Position numbers and translations under genes: made by a program
Shown: in pieces, positions 16,938-25,199 of the stretch
Position numbering within the stretch: position 1 is the stretch's first letter
How the letters are laid out: every line of letters begins with the position of its first letter
The notes under the pieces: generated by a model
The model's database searches: none
Told to the model about the DNA's origin: nothing
Seen by the model: only the letters and a program-made list of their open reading frames with translations
Assembly (NCBI RefSeq): GCF_001552275.1
Contig: NZ_BCQW01000001.1
Location: 366,800 to 398,799 of the forward strand
Direction: 5' to 3'
Length of the DNA: 32,000 nucleotides
Source: Amphibacillus sediminis NBRC 103570
GTDB taxonomy: Bacteria > Bacillota > Bacilli > Bacillales > Amphibacillaceae

Positions 16938-18143
16938 CTATGAGATAGAATCAAATAAATTAAACATAGGAATGACAATAGCAAGAACAATAGCGCCAAC
17001 CACAAATGATAGAAAAATAATCATGATCGGCTCAATCAAAGCCTTTAACTTACTAGACGCTTCCTCAAGCTCCTGTTCATAAAAGTCAGCTACCTTCTTA
17101 AGCATCTCATCCATTGCCCCTGTAGCCTCACCCACCGCTATCATCTGAGAAACAAGCTTCGGAAATACCCAGTGATTGGTCATGGGAGTTGCCAGTGATT
17201 TTCCTTCCTCTAACGCGTGTTTGCTTTCCTTTAATACCTGCTTGATTACACGATTATTGACGACACGTTCAGTAATCTCAACAGCTTCTAAGATAGGAAT
17301 TGAGCTGCTTAATAATGAACTTAATGTTTGCGTCATCCGAGCTAACAATGTTTTTTGAGTAAACAGCCCAAAAATCGGCATTTTTAATTTAAACAAATCA
17401 AATAAATAAGCAAATTGTTGTTTTTTTGTGAGTAGCTTCACAGTCAAGACAACTAAACAGATAACGAGTAATATCACCCACCAAAATTGTTGAAAAAAAG
17501 CACTAATACGCAAAATCATGGCGGTATATGCTGGTATCTCCTGGTCAAAAGACAGGAACATATTAGTGAAAACCGGCACGATATAAGCAAACAAAAACAT
17601 GGTTATCAGTAAAGCCAAGACACCTATTACAGCTGGATAAGTGAGTGCTGTTACAATCTTTTGCTTTAGTTGATATTGTTTTTCATAATAGGTAGCCATC
17701 CGATCCATAATTTCATCGAGTCGACCGCTTACTTCACCTGCATGAATCATCTGAATAAATAGCTCAGGAAAAAGTTTGGGATAAGCAGCTAAAGCCTGCG
17801 AAAGTGATTCACCCGACTGAATCTGCTCTTTAATTCCAGCCAAAGCCTGCTTGAGTGCTTTACTATTGGATTGTTCAGCTAAAATATCGATCGCATCGAC
17901 CAGTGTAATGCCCGCATCAATCAATGTCGAAAACTGGCGTAAAAATATAACAAAGTCTTTAGGTTTAATTGCCCGTCCAATATAGATATCTTGATAGAGA
18001 ACAGGATTAAGCTTTTTTATTTGATAAACAAGTAAGCCGATTCGACTTAATTCTGCTAAGACATCTTTTTCAGTCTCAGCTTCCAACTTTCCTTTCTTTA
18101 CTTTCCCGTCTATTGTTTTAGCTTGATAGGCATATAAAGCCAC
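16938..18143 (-). CDS. pilC: Type IV pilus platform protein PilC (GspF family)
   Basis: 401 aa with two repeated GspF domains and three TM segments. The N-terminus YAYQAKTIDGKVKKGKLEAE is typical of PilC. Confidence 0.92.
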   Translation of the reverse strand: MALYAYQAKTIDGKVKKGKLEAETEKDVLAELSRIGLLVYQIKKLNPVLYQDIYIGRAIKPKDFVIFLRQFSTLIDAGITLVDAIDILAEQSNSKALKQALAGIKEQIQSGESLSQALAAYPKLFPELFIQMIHAGEVSGRLDEIMDRMATYYEKQYQLKQKIVTALTYPAVIGVLALLITMFLFAYIVPVFTNMFLSFDQEIPAYTAMILRISAFFQQFWWVILLVICLVVLTVKLLTKKQQFAYLFDLFKLKMPIFGLFTQKTLLARMTQTLSSLLSSSIPILEAVEITERVVNNRVIKQVLKESKHALEEGKSLATPMTNHWVFPKLVSQMIAVGEATGAMDEMLKKVADFYEQELEEASSKLKALIEPIMIIFLSFVVGAIVLAIVIPMFNLFDSIS

Positions 18144-18164
18144 CCGTGCTCACCCCCTTAAAAA

Positions 18165-19199
18165 TCAAACCGACTGGATTAGATATGGCTCAGCATCCAC
18201 CTGACTAATCAACCCATTTTTTACTTTTTCACGAATATCCATTTCAAGTGTGTGCATTCCTTGTTCCTTAGAAGTTTGTATCGTATTAGGAATTTGGTGC
18301 ATCTTCTCATTACGAATTAAATTTTTAATGGCTGCATTATTAATTAAAATTTCAGTCGCGGCAATTCGTCCATTCTGATCGATAAGAGGGAATAACCGCT
18401 GAGAAATAATTGCCTCAAGGACATTCGCTAATAAAATGCGGATGTGATCCTTTTGATGCAACGGAAAAACGTCAATCACTCGATCCATCGTAGAGGAAGC
18501 ACTCTGTGTATGTAATGTTCCTAATACTAAATGTCCTGTTTCTGCTGCTGTAATAGCTGTCGAAATGGTTTCTAAATCACGCATTTCGCCAACTAAAATA
18601 ACATCTGGGTCTTGCCTTAAGCAGGCTCGTAGACCTTTCTGAAATGAAGTCGTGTCAAGACCAATTTCTCTTTGATCAATAATGGATTGATCATGCTGAT
18701 GCACATATTCAATTGGATCCTCCAATGTGATAATATGTCGTTTCATCGTTCGATTCATATAATCAATCATTGAGGCAAGTGTTGTACTCTTCCCACTCCC
18801 CGTTGGGCCTGTTACTAACACTAACCCGTGTGGTCTCTTGGCAATCTGTTTAAGTACCTCAGGTAAGCCTAGATCGTCTAGCTTAGGAATCTGAGTTGGG
18901 ATTGTTCTTAATGCGATCGATAAATTCTGACGTTGATAAAAAAGATTAACACGAAAGCGTGAAAGACCGGTGATTTGATATGACCAATCCAGTTCTCGGT
19001 CAACTTCTAATCGATGCCACAAATCATCAGTCACGATTGATCTTGCCATCTCCTCCGTATCATTGGGTTCTAATCTCTCCCCACGATAAGGAACGAGTTG
19101 ACCATCAATTCTAAAGATTGGAACCGAACCGACAGTAAGATGAATGTCCGAAGCATTCATTTGATAAGCAGCGGTCAAAAGTTTTGTTAATCGGTCCAT
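18165..19199 (-). CDS. pilT: Twitching-motility retraction ATPase PilT
   Basis: 344 aa with ASDIHL, Walker A GPTGSGKSTT, the Asp box, Walker B and His box (GHLVLGTLHT), and no N-terminal extension domains. Confidence 0.92.
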   Translation of the reverse strand: MDRLTKLLTAAYQMNASDIHLTVGSVPIFRIDGQLVPYRGERLEPNDTEEMARSIVTDDLWHRLEVDRELDWSYQITGLSRFRVNLFYQRQNLSIALRTIPTQIPKLDDLGLPEVLKQIAKRPHGLVLVTGPTGSGKSTTLASMIDYMNRTMKRHIITLEDPIEYVHQHDQSIIDQREIGLDTTSFQKGLRACLRQDPDVILVGEMRDLETISTAITAAETGHLVLGTLHTQSASSTMDRVIDVFPLHQKDHIRILLANVLEAIISQRLFPLIDQNGRIAATEILINNAAIKNLIRNEKMHQIPNTIQTSKEQGMHTLEMDIREKVKNGLISQVDAEPYLIQSV

Positions 19200-20833
19200 A
19201 TCAGCTTCCTCCTATTCATCAATGCAATGCGCATCACTTCTTCAAGTGTCGTAAGGCCCTGTTTTACTTTCTGTAAACCATCATCGATTAAGAAGTCCAT
19301 ACCATGTTGTCGGACATATTGTTTTATTTCTGATAGACTCGCTCGGCTCATCATCATGCTCTTTATCTCCTCATCAATGACTAGCAATTCATGAATAGCC
19401 ATCCGTCCGCGGTAGCCTGTCCCGCGACAACTATCACAACCACTACTATCCATTATCTGGTCGATTTCGATTTGCCGTTTATTAAATACTTCCTGCTCTA
19501 ACGGTGTCGCCTTTCGTTGATATTGACAGTCCTTACATACCCGTTTAACTAAACGTTGAGCCATGACTCCAGTTAAAGCTGAAACCACCAAATATGGTTC
19601 TATACCCATATCAAAAAGTCGCGGGATAGCATCAATCGCACTGTTTGTATGTAAGGTACTAAAAACCAGGTGTCCAGTTAACGCCGAACGAATCGCAATC
19701 TCCGCTGTTTCTTTGTCTCTAATCTCCCCAACCATTATAATATTTGGGTCTTGGCGTAAGATTGAGCGTAAACCTGTCGCAAAGGTTAAACCAACTGATG
19801 AATTAACCTGAACTTGATTAATTCCTTCAAGTTGATATTCTACAGGGTCTTCAACCGTAATAATATTAACATCCTCTCGATTCAACTCATTAATCGAGCT
19901 ATATAATGTAGTCGTTTTTCCAGACCCAGTCGGACCTGTTAACAAAATAAGACCGGATGGACGTGAAATCACTTCCTGATATTTGGTTAACGTATCCTGA
20001 ACCAAGTTCAGCTCTGTTAACTTTTTCAAAATATTCGTCAAATCAAGAATCCGAATAACCACCTTCTCACCAAATACGGTAGGTAAAGTGGATACACGTA
20101 AATCAATGGGTTTTGCATCGATCACTAATCTAATTCTTCCGTCCTGAGGCATCCGTGTTTCTGTAATATTAAGGTTAGCGAGGATTTTCACTCGGGCAAT
20201 AAGTGCATTTTGGATTCGCTTAGGAAGGACCCGCTCATTCCTAAGCATACCATCAACACGATAGCGCACTGCGATCTTTGCTTCGCTAGGATCTAAGTGG
20301 ACATCGCTTGCTCTTAATGTCACACCTGTTTGTAGAATTTGATCAAGAATTCGAACAGCTGGTGCATGCTCATCACTTGCATCAGCCTCAAAGTCCTCAT
20401 CTAGATCATAATACTTATTAATGGCTTGCAATATATCATCTTTTGTCGCCAGCACCGGTTTAATTTCAAAACCAGTAGCCAGCTCTAAATCATCAATCGC
20501 ATAATAATCTAATGGATCGTTCATTGCTACCGTTAAACTATTCTCGTGCAGTTCGATCGGCATTAAAATATTCGCCCTTGCCACTTCTTTTGGGATTAGC
20601 TCAATTAGCTGTTCATTGATTGGGAAACGGTATAATGAGACACTAGCAATCTTCAAATGAACCTCTAAAACTTCCAATAATTGTCTCTCAGTTAAATAGC
20701 CTTGTTCTACTAAGACATCACCAAGCTTTTGCCTTTCCTTCTTATGCTCAAGCGCTTGAATAATTTGCTCTTCAGTAATTAGGCCCGCTTCCTTAAGTAG
20801 ATCACCAAGTTTACGTTTCTTTTGGATAGCCAT
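19187..20833 (-). CDS. pilB: Type IV pilus extension ATPase PilB (GspE family)
   Basis: N-terminal tandem T2SSE_N/MshEN-like repeats, Walker A GPTGSGKTTT, a tetracysteine motif (CKDC...CDSCRGTGYRGR) and a His box (GHLVFSTLHT). Confidence 0.93.
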   Translation of the reverse strand: MAIQKKRKLGDLLKEAGLITEEQIIQALEHKKERQKLGDVLVEQGYLTERQLLEVLEVHLKIASVSLYRFPINEQLIELIPKEVARANILMPIELHENSLTVAMNDPLDYYAIDDLELATGFEIKPVLATKDDILQAINKYYDLDEDFEADASDEHAPAVRILDQILQTGVTLRASDVHLDPSEAKIAVRYRVDGMLRNERVLPKRIQNALIARVKILANLNITETRMPQDGRIRLVIDAKPIDLRVSTLPTVFGEKVVIRILDLTNILKKLTELNLVQDTLTKYQEVISRPSGLILLTGPTGSGKTTTLYSSINELNREDVNIITVEDPVEYQLEGINQVQVNSSVGLTFATGLRSILRQDPNIIMVGEIRDKETAEIAIRSALTGHLVFSTLHTNSAIDAIPRLFDMGIEPYLVVSALTGVMAQRLVKRVCKDCQYQRKATPLEQEVFNKRQIEIDQIMDSSGCDSCRGTGYRGRMAIHELLVIDEEIKSMMMSRASLSEIKQYVRQHGMDFLIDDGLQKVKQGLTTLEEVMRIALMNRRKLIWTD

Positions 20834-20850
20834 AATGAAGCCCCCTTTCC

Positions 20851-22347
20851 CTAGTTTTGCTCTCTAATTGGCTGACCAATGATCAGGTCATCACGACCAA
20901 TTCGATCATCTCGATTCGGAATTTGAAATGGAAATTCCTCGAGATTAACTTGCTGATACTCCACTGAAACCCCTCCAGTTCCATTTAAGCTATCTGCAAT
21001 TAAAGCGCCAGAGACATTAGCACCGCCTATTAAATTAACCTCAGCATAGGGGGCAATCACAAACGAATTCGCATGTGCACCTCCTTGATAGGTGATTTGT
21101 TTCCCTCCACTTAATAAATACCCTTTAATTCTAGCACCTTCTTCAATTACCATATCCGCTTGCCGGCTAAACAGTGATCCATTGATTGCTTGACCTCCTC
21201 CTAAAATAATGGTCTCTTGTCCTCCATAATAGAGATTTAACTGAGAAATCACACCTGAATAATTTAATTGACTAGCGCTACCAAACGTTAGTTTGTTTTT
21301 AATAAAGAAATTGACTGTTCCCCCACCTATTAATTGAATATGTCCATTACTGGCATCTAAATGATCAAGTACGATGTTCCATTCAGCTCCCTGGGTGTCT
21401 ATAATCAACGTGTTATTTGATCCCAACACAATTTGATTAAAGCGAAGGTGATTAGCTAGTTTCAAAACATAGTTATTCGCCTGCCAACTATTTATATAAA
21501 GGCTACCATTGTTAATAACTTTAAATTCATTATATTCATTACCAATTGTCTGATCAGCTGGATAATCGTATGAAGGAAAATCAGGAAAGCTATCAGCTAG
21601 CTCCTGATAAATATCCCAAGGGATTTGCTCTTGCATCGCGTGAACATCTGGATGATCGTCTGGATAATAATCTGGTTTATTTACAACACGATCATCAGCA
21701 TTGGCTGGTAAGAAGGTTTTACCTTGATTCATTCGAGCATTTCCGTTAAGCATTAGTGCATTCGCTTCGATAGAGTCCAAATAAACATCCCCTACAATCC
21801 TAGGACCATTCGTTAAATATAACCGATTTCTTAGCATAACAGCCATACCATGCGCTATCGGAAGCCGTCCTCCTTGATTTTTATCAATCCAGCGGATCGA
21901 AAAATCTTTTTCAACCGTCCGGCTGCGTTGACCTAATTTACCTTTTGCAGTCAGACGATATCCCCTCGGATTATCATGGTCAAGCTGTTCAATGGTAATG
22001 CTGACCTGTGGCTGTTCGCCAAATTGTTTCTCGAAATCTTGATCAATCGATTGATCGATTTCACTGATAAAGATATGATCAAGTGTGCTAAAAAAGCTAG
22101 TTTGATCATCACGTAATTGATAGACCTGCTCAACCACTGTCGTGATTTCGTTAAAGGCTTGGTTTGCACCCGCTTCGGCAATATAGTAGGTTGATTGATA
22201 ATCGCGATCCGTGACCGTTAATTTAACATGAGCAAATGAAACAGTGGCAATCGCCGTCCCTAAAATAGATAGTACAAGTAAAGTCATTAAAACGAGAAGT
22301 AGACTAGCGCCACGCTCATTTCTAAGCCATTTCAAGATTTTGCTCAT
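20851..22347 (-). CDS. PilX_N-domain pilus protein with large C-terminal Gly/Asn-rich repeat module (candidate tip or adhesin subunit)
   Basis: N-terminus LRNERGASLLLVLMTLLVLSILGTAIA...YYIAEAGANQA resembles PilX_N (no Glu5). The C-terminal ~300 aa contain short repeats such as GGGTVNF, GGGQAINGSLF, GGANVSGALIA and GTGGVSV, suggestive of a beta-solenoid. Confidence 0.65.
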   Translation of the reverse strand: MSKILKWLRNERGASLLLVLMTLLVLSILGTAIATVSFAHVKLTVTDRDYQSTYYIAEAGANQAFNEITTVVEQVYQLRDDQTSFFSTLDHIFISEIDQSIDQDFEKQFGEQPQVSITIEQLDHDNPRGYRLTAKGKLGQRSRTVEKDFSIRWIDKNQGGRLPIAHGMAVMLRNRLYLTNGPRIVGDVYLDSIEANALMLNGNARMNQGKTFLPANADDRVVNKPDYYPDDHPDVHAMQEQIPWDIYQELADSFPDFPSYDYPADQTIGNEYNEFKVINNGSLYINSWQANNYVLKLANHLRFNQIVLGSNNTLIIDTQGAEWNIVLDHLDASNGHIQLIGGGTVNFFIKNKLTFGSASQLNYSGVISQLNLYYGGQETIILGGGQAINGSLFSRQADMVIEEGARIKGYLLSGGKQITYQGGAHANSFVIAPYAEVNLIGGANVSGALIADSLNGTGGVSVEYQQVNLEEFPFQIPNRDDRIGRDDLIIGQPIREQN

Positions 22348-22355
22348 TTAATCAC

Positions 22356-22775
22356 CTACTTTCGAAAATAAATGGTGGTAGCCAGCTTGCTTTCAATATG
22401 GCGCAGATTAGCTGTACTCTCAATACTTACTTCAATCCCTTCTGCTAAAAGCACGACATCGAACGTGCTAATCTCGTTACTTAACACTTGCCCATTTCGA
22501 TAAACCGTTTGATTTTCAAACTGATACGTATTCGTTCCTACTGCCAATGCATCTTGATCAATCGAGATCGACTCTGCAGAAACAGCACGAATATCTGTCG
22601 TCAACTGACTCATGAGCTGACGTACCTCTGCCATCTTATCGATCTCATCTATTTGATAGATAAATTGCTTCTGCCCGAAAAGATGAGTAGAGCCAATTAA
22701 GGTAATAACGACAGATATGATTGCCAAAACACCGAGTAACTCAACTAGTGTTATTCCACGCTCATCCTTAACCAC
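22356..22775 (-). CDS. Type IV minor pilin / pseudopilin
   Basis: The prepilin motif is KDERG|ITLVELLGVLAIISVV. The best start is GTG 22775 behind SD AGGAGG (alternative ATG 22793). It overlaps the upstream minor pilin stop. Confidence 0.8.
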   Translation of the reverse strand: MVKDERGITLVELLGVLAIISVVITLIGSTHLFGQKQFIYQIDEIDKMAEVRQLMSQLTTDIRAVSAESISIDQDALAVGTNTYQFENQTVYRNGQVLSNEISTFDVVLLAEGIEVSIESTANLRHIESKLATTIYFRK

Positions 22776-23229
22776 TCGTATCTCCTCCTGCATGCACCAC
22801 CAGCTTTGTTTCGATTTGGGCTTGCTTAACATTTTGTTGATCATAGGTCTTGACTAATACCCTATATAAATCTACCAATCTATTATTTTCTTGATCAATG
22901 ACAGGTTCAATTAACACGTCCATGCGGTATCCGGCATAGCTAACAGTCATTTGATCTGCTTGACTTGTGCGATGAAACTGATCTGCCTCTAAACGTAATT
23001 GTTCAATCCATGCTTGATAGTCGACATCAATGGATTCATGATAGACAGTTTCAACATATCGTTGAGTGGCATAGGTGGCATCCATCATTTGTTCAGAAAC
23101 CTTGGTGGACTTAGCAGATTGAATAAAAAAAGCTAGAAATGTCATAATCACAATCGACAATATCGTAATTGAGCCTAGCAATTCAATTAAGGTTAGGCCG
23201 GTTTCATTCTTAATCCACGTTCTCTCCAT
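22768..23229 (-). CDS. Type IV minor pilin / pseudopilin
   Basis: The prepilin motif is KNETG|LTLIELLGSITILSIVIMTF. 153 aa, first gene of the pilus cluster. Confidence 0.8.
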   Translation of the reverse strand: MERTWIKNETGLTLIELLGSITILSIVIMTFLAFFIQSAKSTKVSEQMMDATYATQRYVETVYHESIDVDYQAWIEQLRLEADQFHRTSQADQMTVSYAGYRMDVLIEPVIDQENNRLVDLYRVLVKTYDQQNVKQAQIETKLVVHAGGDTSG

Positions 23230-23583
23230 TTTTTTGCACGCCTTTCCTATTAGTAACTAAACGCTTACGTTCATTTAGTATGTCAAACAACAATCAAATG
23301 CGGCTTAGCGTATTTGCGCCCAGATCTTATCGAGCGAAGTTCGATTATTTTTCTTTGAAAATCTGTGGCATCCACCGGAGGCTTTAACTTTATTCAGACG
23401 GGATTTTCCCTCCATTGAATGGCATACAATAGACATTGATCTCACCACTTATAAAAGTGGGAGACTGCTGCTGAATGAAGTTAAACAAAATTACCCATCA
23501 TTAAGTATTGTAACCTCAATCTGATCAAGGTAGCTATGTAGTATTCACCGATACGTTATATCCTTAGTCTTTAGTATAGTGTT

Positions 23584-24885
23584 TTACTTCGAACTAGGCA
23601 ATACCATTGTCTCAATATATTCCCTTACTTTTCCAACGAAAGCGAGTGAACCAGAGACAAAAGTCACGACGTCGTTATCATCTGCTAAAAGCGTTCGCTT
23701 AATATATGCCTGCCAATTCTCTTCTTTTGTCTTAAACGGGTGATCCGACAATTGATAGAGTGCGTCCGTTGTCATAGCTCGCTCATGCTCAAAAGTCGTG
23801 AATGTTATCTGATCAAAAGATTGATCAAGTTGTTGAACCATTGCTGTTAATGGTTTATCTTTGAATGCTGCAAATAGTAACTGTTTGCGATCGTTAGCAA
23901 ATTGTGATTCAGCCGTCTGCACAAATGCTTTGATACCTGCTACATTATGCGCGCCATCAAGAATAATGGTTGGATTCGTGTGAATCGTTTCAAATCGAGC
24001 AGCTAACGTTGCCTTAACTAGTCCGGTTTGGATCTGCTGATCTGTAATAACAAATCCTTGATTTTTCAATAAAAATAACGTTTGTACGGCCAAGGCCGCA
24101 TTCTCTACCTGATGCTTACCAGCTAGTGCTAGTTGAAAAGCTAAACGATCTTGGCTATCTTTAGTTTCAAAAAGGAAAACATTATCATGATTTTGTTTTA
24201 CCTGAAAATCCTCATGAAGTGAATAGCATTTTGCCGCTTGATTCAAAGCTTCACTGTTGATGACCCGCATTGCTTCTTCTGGCAATGCCCCGACTACAAC
24301 CGGACAGCCGGGTTTGATAATACCTGCTTTATGATATGCAATCGATTCGAGTTGATCCCCTAAAAAATAAGTATGATCATAGTCGATTGAGGTGATGATT
24401 GAGACAACAGGTATTAAACAGTTTGTCGCATCCATTCGCCCACCCATACCGGCTTCAACCAACACTACATCGGTTGAATCAGCAAAATACTGGTAAGCAA
24501 TGGCAACTAAAATTTCAAAATTGCTAGCAGGATTTCCATGGCAATCTAGTTGTTCAATGACAGTTGCTAAACGATTCGCATACTTCAGATAATCTTTATC
24601 TGAGATGTATGCATGATTGATCGAAATCATACCCTGCCGGTTAGTTAAACTTGGCGACATAAATGTACCAACATTGTATCCCGAGCAAATTAATACCGAT
24701 GCTAAATAGGTAACCGTTGAACCCTTTCCATTTGTTCCAGCAACATGAATCGCTTTAAGTTTTTGTTCGGGGTGATTGACTGCATCTAACAATATCTCCA
24801 TTCGTTCTAATCCAGGTTTAATTCCGAGTTGATCACGTTGATTGAGAAAATGTTCAAAAGCTTGCTTTGTTTTAAACACGATCAT
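23584..24885 (-). CDS. folC: Folylpolyglutamate synthase / dihydrofolate synthase
   Basis: HVAGTNGKGST P-loop and a Mur-ligase fold. 433 aa, downstream of valS as in B. subtilis. Confidence 0.93.
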   Translation of the reverse strand: MIVFKTKQAFEHFLNQRDQLGIKPGLERMEILLDAVNHPEQKLKAIHVAGTNGKGSTVTYLASVLICSGYNVGTFMSPSLTNRQGMISINHAYISDKDYLKYANRLATVIEQLDCHGNPASNFEILVAIAYQYFADSTDVVLVEAGMGGRMDATNCLIPVVSIITSIDYDHTYFLGDQLESIAYHKAGIIKPGCPVVVGALPEEAMRVINSEALNQAAKCYSLHEDFQVKQNHDNVFLFETKDSQDRLAFQLALAGKHQVENAALAVQTLFLLKNQGFVITDQQIQTGLVKATLAARFETIHTNPTIILDGAHNVAGIKAFVQTAESQFANDRKQLLFAAFKDKPLTAMVQQLDQSFDQITFTTFEHERAMTTDALYQLSDHPFKTKEENWQAYIKRTLLADDNDVVTFVSGSLAFVGKVREYIETMVLPSSK

Positions 24886-24939
24886 CCACTCCTGTCTCTA
24901 TCATCATAATAGGTTTTGGCGGGTCTTCTATTTCACGAG

Positions 24940-25100
24940 ATAAAGTGAAACTTTCGTTCAGTGGGGTTTCGACGCATAGGATGTGCTCGTGCAGACGTTG
25001 CGACACGACGTCGCGAGCCTTAGTCAGCTTCCTCTTCGCACACTGAACGTTAGTTGAACCAATCGGGCCGTTACTGGCTGTTGGATCTCCTACTTAGACA
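24940..25100 (-). ncRNA. Candidate structured RNA element, unclassified, in the folC 5' region
   Basis: Local G+C jump (36/60 in 24961..25020 versus 20/60 in 25101..25160, by my count). A 9-bp long-range helix (25038..25046 with 24952..24960) encloses a hairpin at 24983..25014 (CUCG-C-GACGU...ACGUC-UGCA-CGAG). A further hairpin lies at 25056..25081. There is no ORF. Strand is assigned only from context. Confidence 0.35.
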
Positions 25101-25154
25101 TGACATGTTCCCTTATACTTTAACAGCTTGAATCAGCTTAGGATATAGTATACC

Positions 25155-25189
25155 AGCAAAAAACTCAAATGGATGCTTCGCACCCATTT
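25155..25189 (-). terminator. Rho-independent terminator after valS
   Basis: CTCAAATGG/CCATTTGAG forms a 9-bp stem followed on the minus strand by UUUUUU. The stem begins 11 nt after the valS stop. Confidence 0.85.
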
Positions 25190-25199
25190 GAGCTAATCC

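Noticed and set aside
23230-23583. I looked for a c-di-GMP or other riboswitch and a clear promoter in the 354-nt folC-pilus operon spacer. Hairpins lie at 23440..23466 and GGAGG...CCUCC around 23370..23412, and there is a TTGACA hexamer.
   Set aside because: I found no match to the GEMM-I or GEMM-II conserved cores that I could recognise. The TTGACA lacks a properly spaced -10. It is structured-looking but not supportable without a CM search.
24940-25100. Possible THF riboswitch or SRP-RNA-like element upstream of folC.
   Set aside because: There are only short local resemblances. The helices required for the THF three-way junction/pseudoknot or for the SRP helix 8 hairpin cannot be formed. 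I kept it as an unclassified candidate instead.
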